Shown here: piece after piece, positions 9,543-17,659 of the stretch
Position numbering within the stretch: the first letter of the stretch is position 1
Layout of the letters: each line of letters opens with the position of its first letter
NCBI GenBank assembly: GCA_039591655.1
Contig: JBDHDE010000037.1
Span: forward strand, 1-45,020
Length of the DNA stretch: 45,020 nucleotides
Direction of reading: 5' to 3'
Origin: Gemmatimonadota bacterium
Lineage (GTDB): Bacteria > Gemmatimonadota > Gemmatimonadetes > Gemmatimonadales > GWC2-71-9
Position numbers and translations under genes: made by a program
The notes under the pieces: generated by a model
What the model saw: only the letters and a program-made list of their open reading frames with translations
What the model was told of the DNA's origin: nothing
Databases searched by the model: none

Positions 9543-9812
9543 TTAGCTTGCGGCGCCGACCGGCGGCTCGTGCTGGATCACGGGCTGGCAATAGCGCTCA
9601 CCCAGGGACCGGAGGTCGGCGAGCTGCGCTTCCGAGAGCGTGGGGTAGCGCTCGGCCATGTACTCGAGGGTATCGTCGAACCACTCCCGCTGATGCTCGA
9701 GTTGGGCCTCCAGCACGCCACAGCGGAGAATGTGGCTGTAGAGCTCGTCCCGAGCCTTGTCCAGTGCTGAAGGAGCGGCGCTCTTGCGGTTGTGCCTCTT
9801 GCTCATGCCCAT
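9543..9812 (-). CDS. Hypothetical small helical protein
   Basis: 89 aa with ordinary composition (ALDKARDELYSHILRCGVLEA...YCQPVI); GAGGA upstream on the minus strand. Confidence 0.75.
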   Translation of the reverse strand: MGMSKRHNRKSAAPSALDKARDELYSHILRCGVLEAQLEHQREWFDDTLEYMAERYPTLSEAQLADLRSLGERYCQPVIQHEPPVGAAS

Positions 9813-9970
9813 GATCCTCTTGTCGGTCCGATTACGGGAGGTAACCTAAACGGCTTCACTGCTCCATGCAAACGCAGTGGCGCGGTCGCTCCAGGGCGGT
9901 TTGTTTGCAGCAATACATAACCCGATCACAGTTTGGAGGACGTGTGACCCGAGCACGAGAAGCGTAACGC

Positions 9971-10273
9971 ATGACCGAGCCCGTCTATGACCCGTCACGC
10001 GCCCACCGGCTAGTGGAGCTGCTGCGCGCCCTCGCCGCCAGGATTCGGGAGCTCGCGGACGATCAGGCGCTCCTCGAAGCTGGTCCCGAGCTCATGAGAA
10101 TGATGGGTGACGCTCGGAGCGAGCTCTTCCATTATGAGGTGCGAACCACGTACGATTCACCGGAAGCGGCCGAGAGCCGACGCATCGTGGAAGAGGCCCA
10201 CCGGCAGATGGAGAGCCTCGAGTTCAACGACGACGAGGAGGACACGAAGCCATGGCGCAAGCCAGAAGCCTGA
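9971..10273 (+). CDS. Hypothetical protein
   Basis: 100 aa, helical and acidic; first gene of a co-oriented run and overlaps the dsbA start. Confidence 0.7.
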   Translation: MTEPVYDPSRAHRLVELLRALAARIRELADDQALLEAGPELMRMMGDARSELFHYEVRTTYDSPEAAESRRIVEEAHRQMESLEFNDDEEDTKPWRKPEA

Positions 10274-10932
10274 AGCCGTTCTACATCGGGCTTGGTCTGA
10301 TTGCAGCGGCGGGGCTGGCCGCCATCTGGATGGCCCGGCAGAGCAATGCCGCCCGCACGGCGGCCCGCGAGGTCGATCCGGTGCCCGTGAACGCCGCCGG
10401 CTTCCAGGGCTATGTCCTCGGCAGTGACACCGCGCCTGTGGAGATCCTGGAGTTCGCGGACTTCGAGTGTGGCGCGTGTGGGTACTTCGCCGTCCTCAGC
10501 GGGCCCGACGTCAAGAGCCGCCTGGTGAACACCGGACGGGTGCGGTGGCGCTTCCGGGACTTCCCCATCGACGGCCATCTGAACGCTCCGATCGCCCATC
10601 AAGCCGCAGCGTGCGCCGGCGAGCAGGGGCGGTTTTGGGACATGCACGACCAGATCTTCTTCAATCAGTCCGGATGGGCCCGTGATCGCCGGCCGGCCAG
10701 GCGGCTGAAGGAGTACGCCCGCACCGTCGGTCTGCAGATGGACCAGTACGACGAGTGCATGGAGCAGCAGCGCCACACCGCGAGGATCGCGGCCGGCAAG
10801 CAGGAGGGTCTGGCTTTGGGAGTGAACTCCACGCCGAGCTTCATCATCGGCGGCGTGCTCGTCATCGGGGCGCTGCCCTATGACAGCGTCCTGGCACTGG
10901 TGGAGCGGGCGGAGCGCGCGCTGCAGCCGTGA
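10252..10932 (+). CDS. DsbA-family thioredoxin-fold protein with N-terminal membrane anchor
   Basis: APVEILEFADFECGAC (CxxC), FRDFPI, GVNSTPSF cis-Pro loop. Confidence 0.9.
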   Translation: MAQARSLKPFYIGLGLIAAAGLAAIWMARQSNAARTAAREVDPVPVNAAGFQGYVLGSDTAPVEILEFADFECGACGYFAVLSGPDVKSRLVNTGRVRWRFRDFPIDGHLNAPIAHQAAACAGEQGRFWDMHDQIFFNQSGWARDRRPARRLKEYARTVGLQMDQYDECMEQQRHTARIAAGKQEGLALGVNSTPSFIIGGVLVIGALPYDSVLALVERAERALQP

Positions 10933-11366
10933 CGCACCGCATGGTGGGCGCCACGCTGGCCCTGGTTGGACTGCTGGTGTCGCTCTACCTCTGGCTCTGG
11001 AAGATCGGGGTCCTGGGGAGCATCGTGTGCTTCAACGATGGCTGCGAGACGGTGCAGCTCTCCCAGCACTCGGAGGCGTTCGGCATTCCCGTCGCCTTCT
11101 TCGGCGTCGCCGGCTATCTGGTGCTGCTGATCGTCAGCCTCGTTGGCCTGCAGCCGCGGTGGGCCGAGCGCCCTGAGCCGACCTTGGCTGTGGTAGCGGG
11201 CTCGGCGCTGGGCGTTGCCTACAGCGCGTACCTCACCTACCTGGAGGCCGCCGTCATCCACGCGTGGTGCCAGTGGTGCGTCATCTCGGCGGTGATCATC
11301 ACGGCCATCTTCGTTACGGCCCTGGCTGGCCTCCGCAACCTGCGGCGGAGCTTCCGCGCCGCCTAG
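10929..11366 (+). CDS. Vitamin K epoxide reductase (VKOR) family protein, DsbB analogue
   Basis: IVCFNDGCETVQLS loop cysteines, FGIPVA, WCQWC active site; GTGA overlap with dsbA. Confidence 0.92.
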   Translation: MTHRMVGATLALVGLLVSLYLWLWKIGVLGSIVCFNDGCETVQLSQHSEAFGIPVAFFGVAGYLVLLIVSLVGLQPRWAERPEPTLAVVAGSALGVAYSAYLTYLEAAVIHAWCQWCVISAVIITAIFVTALAGLRNLRRSFRAA

Positions 11367-11389
11367 GGCACCCCCTGGCTCCCCAGCGC

Positions 11390-11710
11390 GTGGCCCCGGC
11401 CCCCGGCACCTCGCAGGAACGCGCGCTGGCCGCCCCCGAACACCTCGATCTGGAGCGGAGCGAGGCATTTCGGCGCGCGGCCGTGACGCTGCTGGACGCC
11501 GTCCCGGCGGGCTGTAAGCGGCTGGTCGTGGATCTCTCCGCCACCGTCAGGCTGGACAGCGCCGGCATGCGGGCCCTGCTGCTGGTGCGGCGTCGGGCGG
11601 CGGCCCTGGGAGTGACGGTCCGGCTGCGAGGAGTTAATGGGCCGATCCACTCCCTCCTGACCCTCGCAAAGGTGGAGGACCTGTTCGAGCTCGATCCGGG
11701 CCCCGGCTAG
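11390..11710 (+). CDS. STAS domain protein (anti-sigma factor antagonist)
   Basis: LVVDLSATVRLDSAGMRALL with the conserved Ser motif; start uncertain (GTG 11390). Confidence 0.8.
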   Translation: MAPAPGTSQERALAAPEHLDLERSEAFRRAAVTLLDAVPAGCKRLVVDLSATVRLDSAGMRALLLVRRRAAALGVTVRLRGVNGPIHSLLTLAKVEDLFELDPGPG

Positions 11711-11771
11711 GAGCGGTCCGTGCTATATTGGACCCCGCGGGGAGGCCACCTCTCACCGGTGCTGCAGGCGC

Positions 11772-12140
11772 ATGGCTGAAACGGGCGTACGTCGCAAAGT
11801 CCTATTCATTGAAGACGAGGCTGATCTCCGCAGCGCGTACCGCCGCTATTACGACGAACGGTACAGGATGGCGTTCGCGGGGACGGGGGCCGAGGCCATC
11901 CCCCAGCTCTCGGCGTTCGGGCCGGACGTCATCGTGCTGGACATGCGGCTGCCAGATACAGACGGTATCGACCTGCTGCGCCAAATCCGCTCCGATCATC
12001 CCGATCTGCCCGTGGTGATCACTACGGCGTACACCAGTGTGGAACCGCTGGTTGAGGTGCTGGGCATGGGGCACAGCGGCTACCTGGTGAAGCCGTTCGG
12101 GCTCGATGAGCTCGCGGAGCGGATCGATGCCGCACACTGA
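11772..12140 (+). CDS. Single-domain response regulator (receiver)
   Basis: VLFIEDE, PDVIVLDMRLPDTDG, ITTAY, YLVKPF. Confidence 0.92.
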   Translation: MAETGVRRKVLFIEDEADLRSAYRRYYDERYRMAFAGTGAEAIPQLSAFGPDVIVLDMRLPDTDGIDLLRQIRSDHPDLPVVITTAYTSVEPLVEVLGMGHSGYLVKPFGLDELAERIDAAH

Positions 12141-12807
12141 TCCCACCGTCGCGGTGCGCGGCGTCTCGCGCCGCTTCGGGCACCGCTGGGCCGTCAGGGA
12201 CGTCTCGTTGGAGGTCGCGCCGGGGGAGGCCGTGCTCCTGGTGGGTGGAAATGGGGCCGGCAAGACGACTCTGCTGCGTGTCGTTTCCGGCCTGCTGAAG
12301 CCCAACCGGGGAACCGTCGAGCTGCGGGGAGCGGTGGGAGTGGTAGGCCACCACACCATGATGTACGAGGCATTGACGGCCCGCGAGAACCTCGCGTTCT
12401 ATGCGCGACTCCACGGCGTCCGGGACCGCGCTCGCCTCGACGTGCTCCTGGAGCGCATGGGGCTCGCACACGTCGCCCGTGAGCGAATCGGCACGTTCAG
12501 CCGGGGGATGCTCCAGCGGCTGGCCATCGCGCGGGCGCTGCTGCACGAGCCCGAGGTGCTGCTGCTCGACGAGCCGCTGACCGGGCTCGACGACGCGGCC
12601 TCCCGCACAGTGGTGGACGTGATCGGGGAGCTCAAAGCCCGTGGGGCAGGGCTGGTGATCGCCACCCATCAGCTCGTGGAGCTGGTGGGCTCCAGCGGCC
12701 GGGTCGGGTACATGGTGAACGGCCGGCTCGCGGCGCTCGAGCAGTGCGACGGCGACGCCGGGAATGTCGTGACACGCTACCGGGAGTTGGCGGACAGTGG
12801 CGGCTAG
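12127..12807 (+). CDS. ccmA: Heme exporter ATP-binding protein CcmA
   Basis: Walker A GGNGAGKTT, FSRGMLQR signature, LLLDEP; directly upstream of ccmB and ccmC. Confidence 0.88.
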   Translation: MPHTDPTVAVRGVSRRFGHRWAVRDVSLEVAPGEAVLLVGGNGAGKTTLLRVVSGLLKPNRGTVELRGAVGVVGHHTMMYEALTARENLAFYARLHGVRDRARLDVLLERMGLAHVARERIGTFSRGMLQRLAIARALLHEPEVLLLDEPLTGLDDAASRTVVDVIGELKARGAGLVIATHQLVELVGSSGRVGYMVNGRLAALEQCDGDAGNVVTRYRELADSGG

Positions 12808-13480
12808 CACCTTCTCGGCCACCGTCGCGATCGCGGCGAAGGATCTCCTGGTAGAGCGGCGGACGAAGACCGCGTTCTTCTCGTCGCTGGTCTTCGCCTT
12901 CCTGGTGCTCACGGTGATCTACTTCGCCCGGGATCGAACCGCGGTGGGGGACCTGGATCTGGCGCCCGGCGCCCTGTGGGTCGCATTCACCTTCGCCGGG
13001 ATGCTCGGTCTCAACCGGGCCTTCCTGTTGGAGCGGGAGAATCGGGCCATCGATGGACTCCGGCTCACGCCGGCCACCCCCACGGCGGTCTTTCTCGGCA
13101 AGGTATTCGGGAATCTCATCTTCATCGGGGTCGTCGAGCTCGTATCGCTCCCGGTGTTCGTGCTCTTCTACAATGTGCCGATCTGGCGGCAGCTCCCGGT
13201 GCTGCTGCTGGTGATCGCGCTGGCGACGGTGGGGTTCGTTGCGGTGGGAACGCTGATCAGCGCCATGGTGGTCCGCACGCGGTTCTCGGAAGTGATGCTG
13301 CCGGTCCTGCTGCTGCCGTTCCTCTTCCCACCGGTGGTGGCCGCCGTGAATCTGACCCGCCAGATCGTGGCGCTGCGGCCCTTGAGCGAGCTCTCCGGCT
13401 GGCTTAGCTTGCTCGCCGGGTTCGTCATCATCTTCTTCACGCTTTCACTCTTTCTGTTCGAGGCGATCCTAGAGGAATGA
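12797..13480 (+). CDS. ccmB: Heme exporter permease CcmB
   Basis: KDLLVERR, PGALWVAFTFAG, ERENRAIDGL, MLPVLLLP. Confidence 0.9.
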   Translation: MAASTFSATVAIAAKDLLVERRTKTAFFSSLVFAFLVLTVIYFARDRTAVGDLDLAPGALWVAFTFAGMLGLNRAFLLERENRAIDGLRLTPATPTAVFLGKVFGNLIFIGVVELVSLPVFVLFYNVPIWRQLPVLLLVIALATVGFVAVGTLISAMVVRTRFSEVMLPVLLLPFLFPPVVAAVNLTRQIVALRPLSELSGWLSLLAGFVIIFFTLSLFLFEAILEE

Positions 13481-14181
13481 CTAGGCGCGACAGCGCGCTC
13501 AGGACAGCGCGCCTGGGCGGCATGATCACCGCGGCGGCGCTCTTGGGCCTTGCCGGCATCTACGTGCGTGCGCTGATGTTCACGCCCGTCGAGCGGACCC
13601 AGGGCCTGGCGCAGAAGATCTTCTACGTCCACGCTCCGGTAGCGTGGGCGGCGCTCCTCGCCTTCCTGGTGACCGGGGTGGTGAGCCTGATCTACCTCTT
13701 CATGCGGGATCGCAAGCTGGATCTGGTGGCCTCCAGCTCGGCCGAGGTGGGCGTTGCCTTCGCCGTCGTGATGCTCACCACCGGGCCGCTGTGGGGGAAG
13801 CCCGTGTGGGGCACGTGGTGGACGTGGGACGCCCGGCTCACCTCCACCCTATTCATCTTCTTGCTCTTCGTGGGCTACCTGGTGTTGCGGGGCGCCCTCA
13901 GCGACTTTGACGTCCGGGCGCGGTTCTCCGCCGTGATGGGAGTGATGGCGCTCGTGCTGGTGCCGTTCATTCACGTGACGGTGTACTGGTTCCGCACGCT
14001 GCACCCCGAGCCCGTGCTGATGAAGCCCGAGCGACCGTCCCTACCGAGCGCGATGCTGGTGACGTTGCTGAGCTCGATTGCGGTGTTCACCGCCATGTAC
14101 CTCGGATTCCTCATAATGCGCTACGCGCTTGCCGTCCTGGAGGACGTGCGCGAGCAGGAGATCGTCGATGGAGTACCCTGA
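13477..14181 (+). CDS. ccmC: Heme exporter/cytochrome c biogenesis protein CcmC
   Basis: IFYVHAP, WWD motif TGPLWGKPVWGTWWTWDARLT, WFRTLHP. Confidence 0.95.
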   Translation: MTRRDSALRTARLGGMITAAALLGLAGIYVRALMFTPVERTQGLAQKIFYVHAPVAWAALLAFLVTGVVSLIYLFMRDRKLDLVASSSAEVGVAFAVVMLTTGPLWGKPVWGTWWTWDARLTSTLFIFLLFVGYLVLRGALSDFDVRARFSAVMGVMALVLVPFIHVTVYWFRTLHPEPVLMKPERPSLPSAMLVTLLSSIAVFTAMYLGFLIMRYALAVLEDVREQEIVDGVP

Positions 14182-14290
14182 CAACGGCGGGTACATGGTG
14201 GCGGCGTACATCGTGGCGGCGATCGTCATCGTGGTGTACGCGGTGTCGCTGTACGTGCGGGTGCGAGCGCAGATGCGCTCTCGGGGTTGA
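14168..14290 (+). CDS. ccmD: CcmD-like small membrane protein (40 aa)
   Basis: MEYPDNGGYMVAAYIVAAIVIVVYAVSLYVRVRAQMRSRG*; AGGAG upstream; overlaps the ccmC end; YxxxAY, one TM helix, basic tail. Below the ORF-track cut-off. Confidence 0.75.
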   Translation: MEYPDNGGYMVAAYIVAAIVIVVYAVSLYVRVRAQMRSRG

Positions 14291-14314
14291 CCTCACCGGC
14301 CGCTCGCTTCGTCG

Positions 14315-14992
14315 CTACTCCCCCTCCCGCGGCATCATCCACTTCCACACCACGCCCGCCACGGCGGCGCCCAGCAGGGGGCCGATCCAGTAGATGATGT
14401 GCCCGGTCCACTGCCCGCCCACCAGGGCGGGGCCGAAGGCCCGGGCGGGGTTCATGGCCGCGCCAGTGAGCGGGCCGCCCACCAGGATGTCGAACAGCAG
14501 CACGAGGCCGATCCCGAAGCCGCCCACGCGGGGCGCCTCCTTGGAGACGGCGGTGCCGAAGACGGCGCTGACCAGGAAGAGCGTGAGAACCGCCTCGATG
14601 AGCACGGCCTGCGTGTCGGTAATGAGCCCGGAGATCCGCGGGACCCCGTAGCCGCTCACCCCGCCGGCCATCCCGGGCAGAAGGAGACGGACCAGCAGGA
14701 CCGCCAGAACCCCCGCGGCGAGCTGGGTGACCACGTAGAGGCCCGCCAGCTTCCCGTCGATCTTCCCCGCCAGCCACACGCCAAACGTCACCGCCGGGTT
14801 CAGGTGGCCGCCGGAGATGTTCATGGTCGCGGTCACCATGACCGAAAAAGCCAGGGCGTGGGCCAGAGCGACCCCGAGCACGCCCAGCTCACCGCCCGTC
14901 GCCGCGTCCACCACCACGGAGCCGGCGCCGATGAAGACGAAAGCCGACGTTCCCAGGAACTCGGCCGCGAGTGGTCGGATCGTATTCCTCAT
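14315..14992 (-). CDS. MIP family aquaporin with TIP-like selectivity filter
   Basis: AEFLGT, ISGGHLNPAVT, AMNPARAFGP, YWIGPLLG. Confidence 0.95.
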   Translation of the reverse strand: MRNTIRPLAAEFLGTSAFVFIGAGSVVVDAATGGELGVLGVALAHALAFSVMVTATMNISGGHLNPAVTFGVWLAGKIDGKLAGLYVVTQLAAGVLAVLLVRLLLPGMAGGVSGYGVPRISGLITDTQAVLIEAVLTLFLVSAVFGTAVSKEAPRVGGFGIGLVLLFDILVGGPLTGAAMNPARAFGPALVGGQWTGHIIYWIGPLLGAAVAGVVWKWMMPREGE

Positions 14993-15029
14993 AGTCTGGC
15001 ATCTCCCGGTGGTGGTCCTACTCGTTCCG

Positions 15030-15278
15030 GCCGCCGGCGCCCCCGCCGCCGCAACCCGATCATCTGCCGTATTCCTAATAGTCGCCCGCGCCCGGCCGCC
15101 ACAGCCCGACCATCTGCCTTATTCCTAATAGTTTGCGGCCCCCGGCCGCCGCAACCCGATCGTCTGCCGTATTCCTATAGTCGCCGGCGCCCGGCCGCCC
15201 CAACCCGATCATCTGCCGTATTCCTATGGTCGCCGGCACCCGGCCGCCCCAACCCGATCGTCTGCCGTATTCCTAATA
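15030..15278. repeat. Tandem array of five ~49-50-bp units
   Basis: Core CAACCCGATCRTCTGCCGTATTCCTA at 15052, 15102 (variant), 15152, 15201 and 15250, joined by mutually similar GC-rich linkers. Confidence 0.95.
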
Positions 15279-16058
15279 GAGCGCAGCCGCCGCGGCCCAG
15301 AGCAGGAGCGCCGCCAGCGCCCCGAGCCCGGAGGCCGCCAGATTGACCGCGTTGTTGCCCAGCCACCCGATTCCCCGCACCAGTTGGGCCGTTGTCCCGC
15401 AGCCGTGGACGGATCGCTCCGTCCGCTCGTCGCACTGCTGGCAGTGGAACACAGCCTGCACCGTGGAACCCAGGACCGAGTCTCCCAGCATCCCGAGGAC
15501 ACCCCCCCCGCCGCCGGCGAGGGCGGCGCCCCACGGGATGCCCACCGCGACCGCGAGTCCGGCCATCACCGCTGCGCCCAGCACGCCGCCCAGAGTCCCG
15601 AGCCAGGTCACCGCCCCGGAGGTGCCGGGGGGAACCGGCCGCCCCGACGCGATGAGCCGTGGAGCCACCCCAGCCCGCAAGCCGATCTCGGTCGCCCACG
15701 TGTCGGCCTGGGCCGCTGCCAGGGCTCCGACCAGGACCGGCCAGCCGGCTGCGTGCCCCGCCCACGCCAGCGCGGCTCCCAGCGCCGCCCAGGAGCCGTT
15801 GGCGAGAACCTGGCGACCGGTTCGACCGGTGGCCGGCCGGACGCCATGTGGACGGCGCTGCAGTCCAGCCGTGTACGTGAGTGAGCTGCCGGAGACGAAG
15901 AACAGCGCGAGGAGGGCGGCCCCCGGCACCCCAGCCCCCGCGAAGATGACGGCGCCGACCGCGGTGGCGGCGACGGCACCGGCGGCCGTGAGCCAGCCGA
16001 TCACATGTCCCGCCAGGGCCAGGCCGCCGGCCAGTGCGGCCGCGGCCCCCGGCGTCAT
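15273..16058 (-). CDS. DUF92 (TMEM19-like) membrane protein
   Basis: FFVSGSSLT, RTGRQVLANG, ADTWATEIG, VPPGTSGAVT, DSVLGSTVQ, NNAVN; ATGA-coupled to the anti-sigma gene. Confidence 0.92.
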   Translation of the reverse strand: MTPGAAAALAGGLALAGHVIGWLTAAGAVAATAVGAVIFAGAGVPGAALLALFFVSGSSLTYTAGLQRRPHGVRPATGRTGRQVLANGSWAALGAALAWAGHAAGWPVLVGALAAAQADTWATEIGLRAGVAPRLIASGRPVPPGTSGAVTWLGTLGGVLGAAVMAGLAVAVGIPWGAALAGGGGGVLGMLGDSVLGSTVQAVFHCQQCDERTERSVHGCGTTAQLVRGIGWLGNNAVNLAASGLGALAALLLWAAAAALY

Positions 16059-16324
16059 GGCTCCTGCGGCGGTGGCTCGGTTTCGAAGAGGAGCTGCTCC
16101 AGCACGCGCTTCCTGAGGCCCTCGGGGGCTTCCTTGGCGCGGGTGCGGGCCTCCAAGAACCTGATGTAGGCCGCCTCGAACTCCGTGACGGCGAGGCACG
16201 GAGCGCACTTCTTGAGGTGAGCCCGTATCTCCTTGGCCCTTTCCGGGGTCAATTCCTCGTCGATGTACTCGTAGAGACGATCGAGCGCCTCCTGGCAGTC
16301 GATCTCCCGGGGCCCGTTGGTCAT
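16055..16324 (-). CDS. Zinc-finger (ZAS, zf-HC2) anti-sigma factor, RsrA/RshA-like
   Basis: DCQEALDRLYEYIDEEL...HLKKCAPC (HxxxCxxC); no TM helix; coupled to the ECF sigma gene. Confidence 0.9.
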   Translation of the reverse strand: MTNGPREIDCQEALDRLYEYIDEELTPERAKEIRAHLKKCAPCLAVTEFEAAYIRFLEARTRAKEAPEGLRKRVLEQLLFETEPPPQEP

Positions 16325-16887
16325 TCCTCTCGCCTCTTGATGTAGCCCATCTCTGCAGCGTAGTCGTATAGCTCCCGCTGCAGCGCCTGCCGCGCTCGGA
16401 ACAAGCGCGACTTCACCGTTCCCACCGGGACCTCCGTGATGTTCGCGATCTCAGCGTAGGAAAGCCCCTCGATGTCGCTCAGGATGAGGGTCTCCCGAAA
16501 CTCGTCGGGCAGGCGGTCGATCGCACCCAGCACCTCCTCATCCACCAGTTGATCGAAGAAGCGTCCCTCGGGGTCTGTCTCCTGGACCTGCTCGAAGACC
16601 GTGAACGCCTCGATGCGGTTCACGTCCACCTCCACCGCCTTCCGCCGTGCCTTGCGGTACTCGTTGATGAACGTGTGGCGGAGAATGGTCAGGAGCCACG
16701 CCCGGACGTTCGTGCCCGGCTTGTACTGGTGCCACGACCGGTACGCCTTGAGCATGGTTTCCTGGACCAGGTCTTCGGCCTGCGCCTCATTGCCCGAGAG
16801 GCGCAGGGCGACCCGGTAGACGGTATCGAGATGGGGCAGGGCTTCCGCCTCGAAAGCCCGGCGTTTCTCGTCCGGTGCCGATGTCAC
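16321..16887 (-). CDS. ECF sigma factor, SigR/SigH-like
   Basis: AEDLVQETMLKAY...PGTNVRAWLLTILRHTFINEYRK; region 4 LSYAEIA...PVGTVKSRLFRAR. Start taken at GTG 16887. Confidence 0.92.
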   Translation of the reverse strand: MTSAPDEKRRAFEAEALPHLDTVYRVALRLSGNEAQAEDLVQETMLKAYRSWHQYKPGTNVRAWLLTILRHTFINEYRKARRKAVEVDVNRIEAFTVFEQVQETDPEGRFFDQLVDEEVLGAIDRLPDEFRETLILSDIEGLSYAEIANITEVPVGTVKSRLFRARQALQRELYDYAAEMGYIKRREE

Positions 16888-17028
16888 GCTGTGGCGTTCC
16901 CCATGGTGGGCGGTGTCTCGACGTGCGGGTAGAATCGCCCCGCGGCCGCCGCCGCGCAACAGGGTGGTATCGGGTGAGATGTTGGGCTAACTTGCGCGCC
17001 GGATTCCCGTACCTTCACGCGACTCCCA

Positions 17029-17649
17029 ATGGCTGGCTCTGGGCGACCACTTCACGCCATCATCCCCCTGGCGCTGCTCGAGACGATGCGCGACCTCGAC
17101 GTGCCGGCGTCTGAGGATCCGACCGGCCTCCACCCGGAGCTCGTCACGCCGCGCCTCGGTACCAGCCGCACCGTGGCGGCGCAGATCGAGCGGTACGAGG
17201 CGCTGGCTCGCAGGAACCGGGGTGTCGATCCCGCAGAGGCCGCTGCGCTGATGCGCCTGGCGGGCCGGCGCAACGACGCCGGTTTGGTCTTTGCGGACGC
17301 CGGCCGCCGCGCTGCGGCTCACGCCGCGGCGCGGGTCCCCCTGACGGTGCGTCTCCTGTGGCGCGCGGCGCCGCCGGGCACCCGACGCCGGCTGGGGTTC
17401 ACTCTGGCGCGGCGTGTGGTGGAGCGGACCTTTGCCATCGCGCTGACCCGTGATGGAGCCCAGGTGGCCGCCGCGGCGGAGGGACTCCCCTCGGTACACG
17501 CCACGGAAGACGGCAGCGCGTGCGGGTTCTACGGTTCGGCAATGGCGGCGCTCCTGCGCCGCTTCACGAACTTCGACGGGGCGGTCCAGCACGTGAGCTG
17601 CGCGGCGCGGGGCGCACCGGGCTGCCGGTGGGACACCGCGGCGAGCTGA
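17029..17649 (+). CDS. Hypothetical protein with V4R (4-vinyl reductase)-like C-terminus
   Basis: ACGFYGSAMAALL...HVSCAARGAPGCRW three-Cys pattern typical of V4R domains. Confidence 0.65.
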   Translation: MAGSGRPLHAIIPLALLETMRDLDVPASEDPTGLHPELVTPRLGTSRTVAAQIERYEALARRNRGVDPAEAAALMRLAGRRNDAGLVFADAGRRAAAHAAARVPLTVRLLWRAAPPGTRRRLGFTLARRVVERTFAIALTRDGAQVAAAAEGLPSVHATEDGSACGFYGSAMAALLRRFTNFDGAVQHVSCAARGAPGCRWDTAAS

Positions 17650-17659
17650 GGAGCGGAAC

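Noticed and set aside
15030..15278. CRISPR array
   Set aside because: The ~23-nt linkers are similar to one another rather than unique spacers, and no cas gene is in the window.
14399..15346. Plus-strand ORF translating the repeat array (PIICRIPN repeats)
   Set aside because: It is antisense to the aquaporin, and the 49-50-bp period does not preserve frame.
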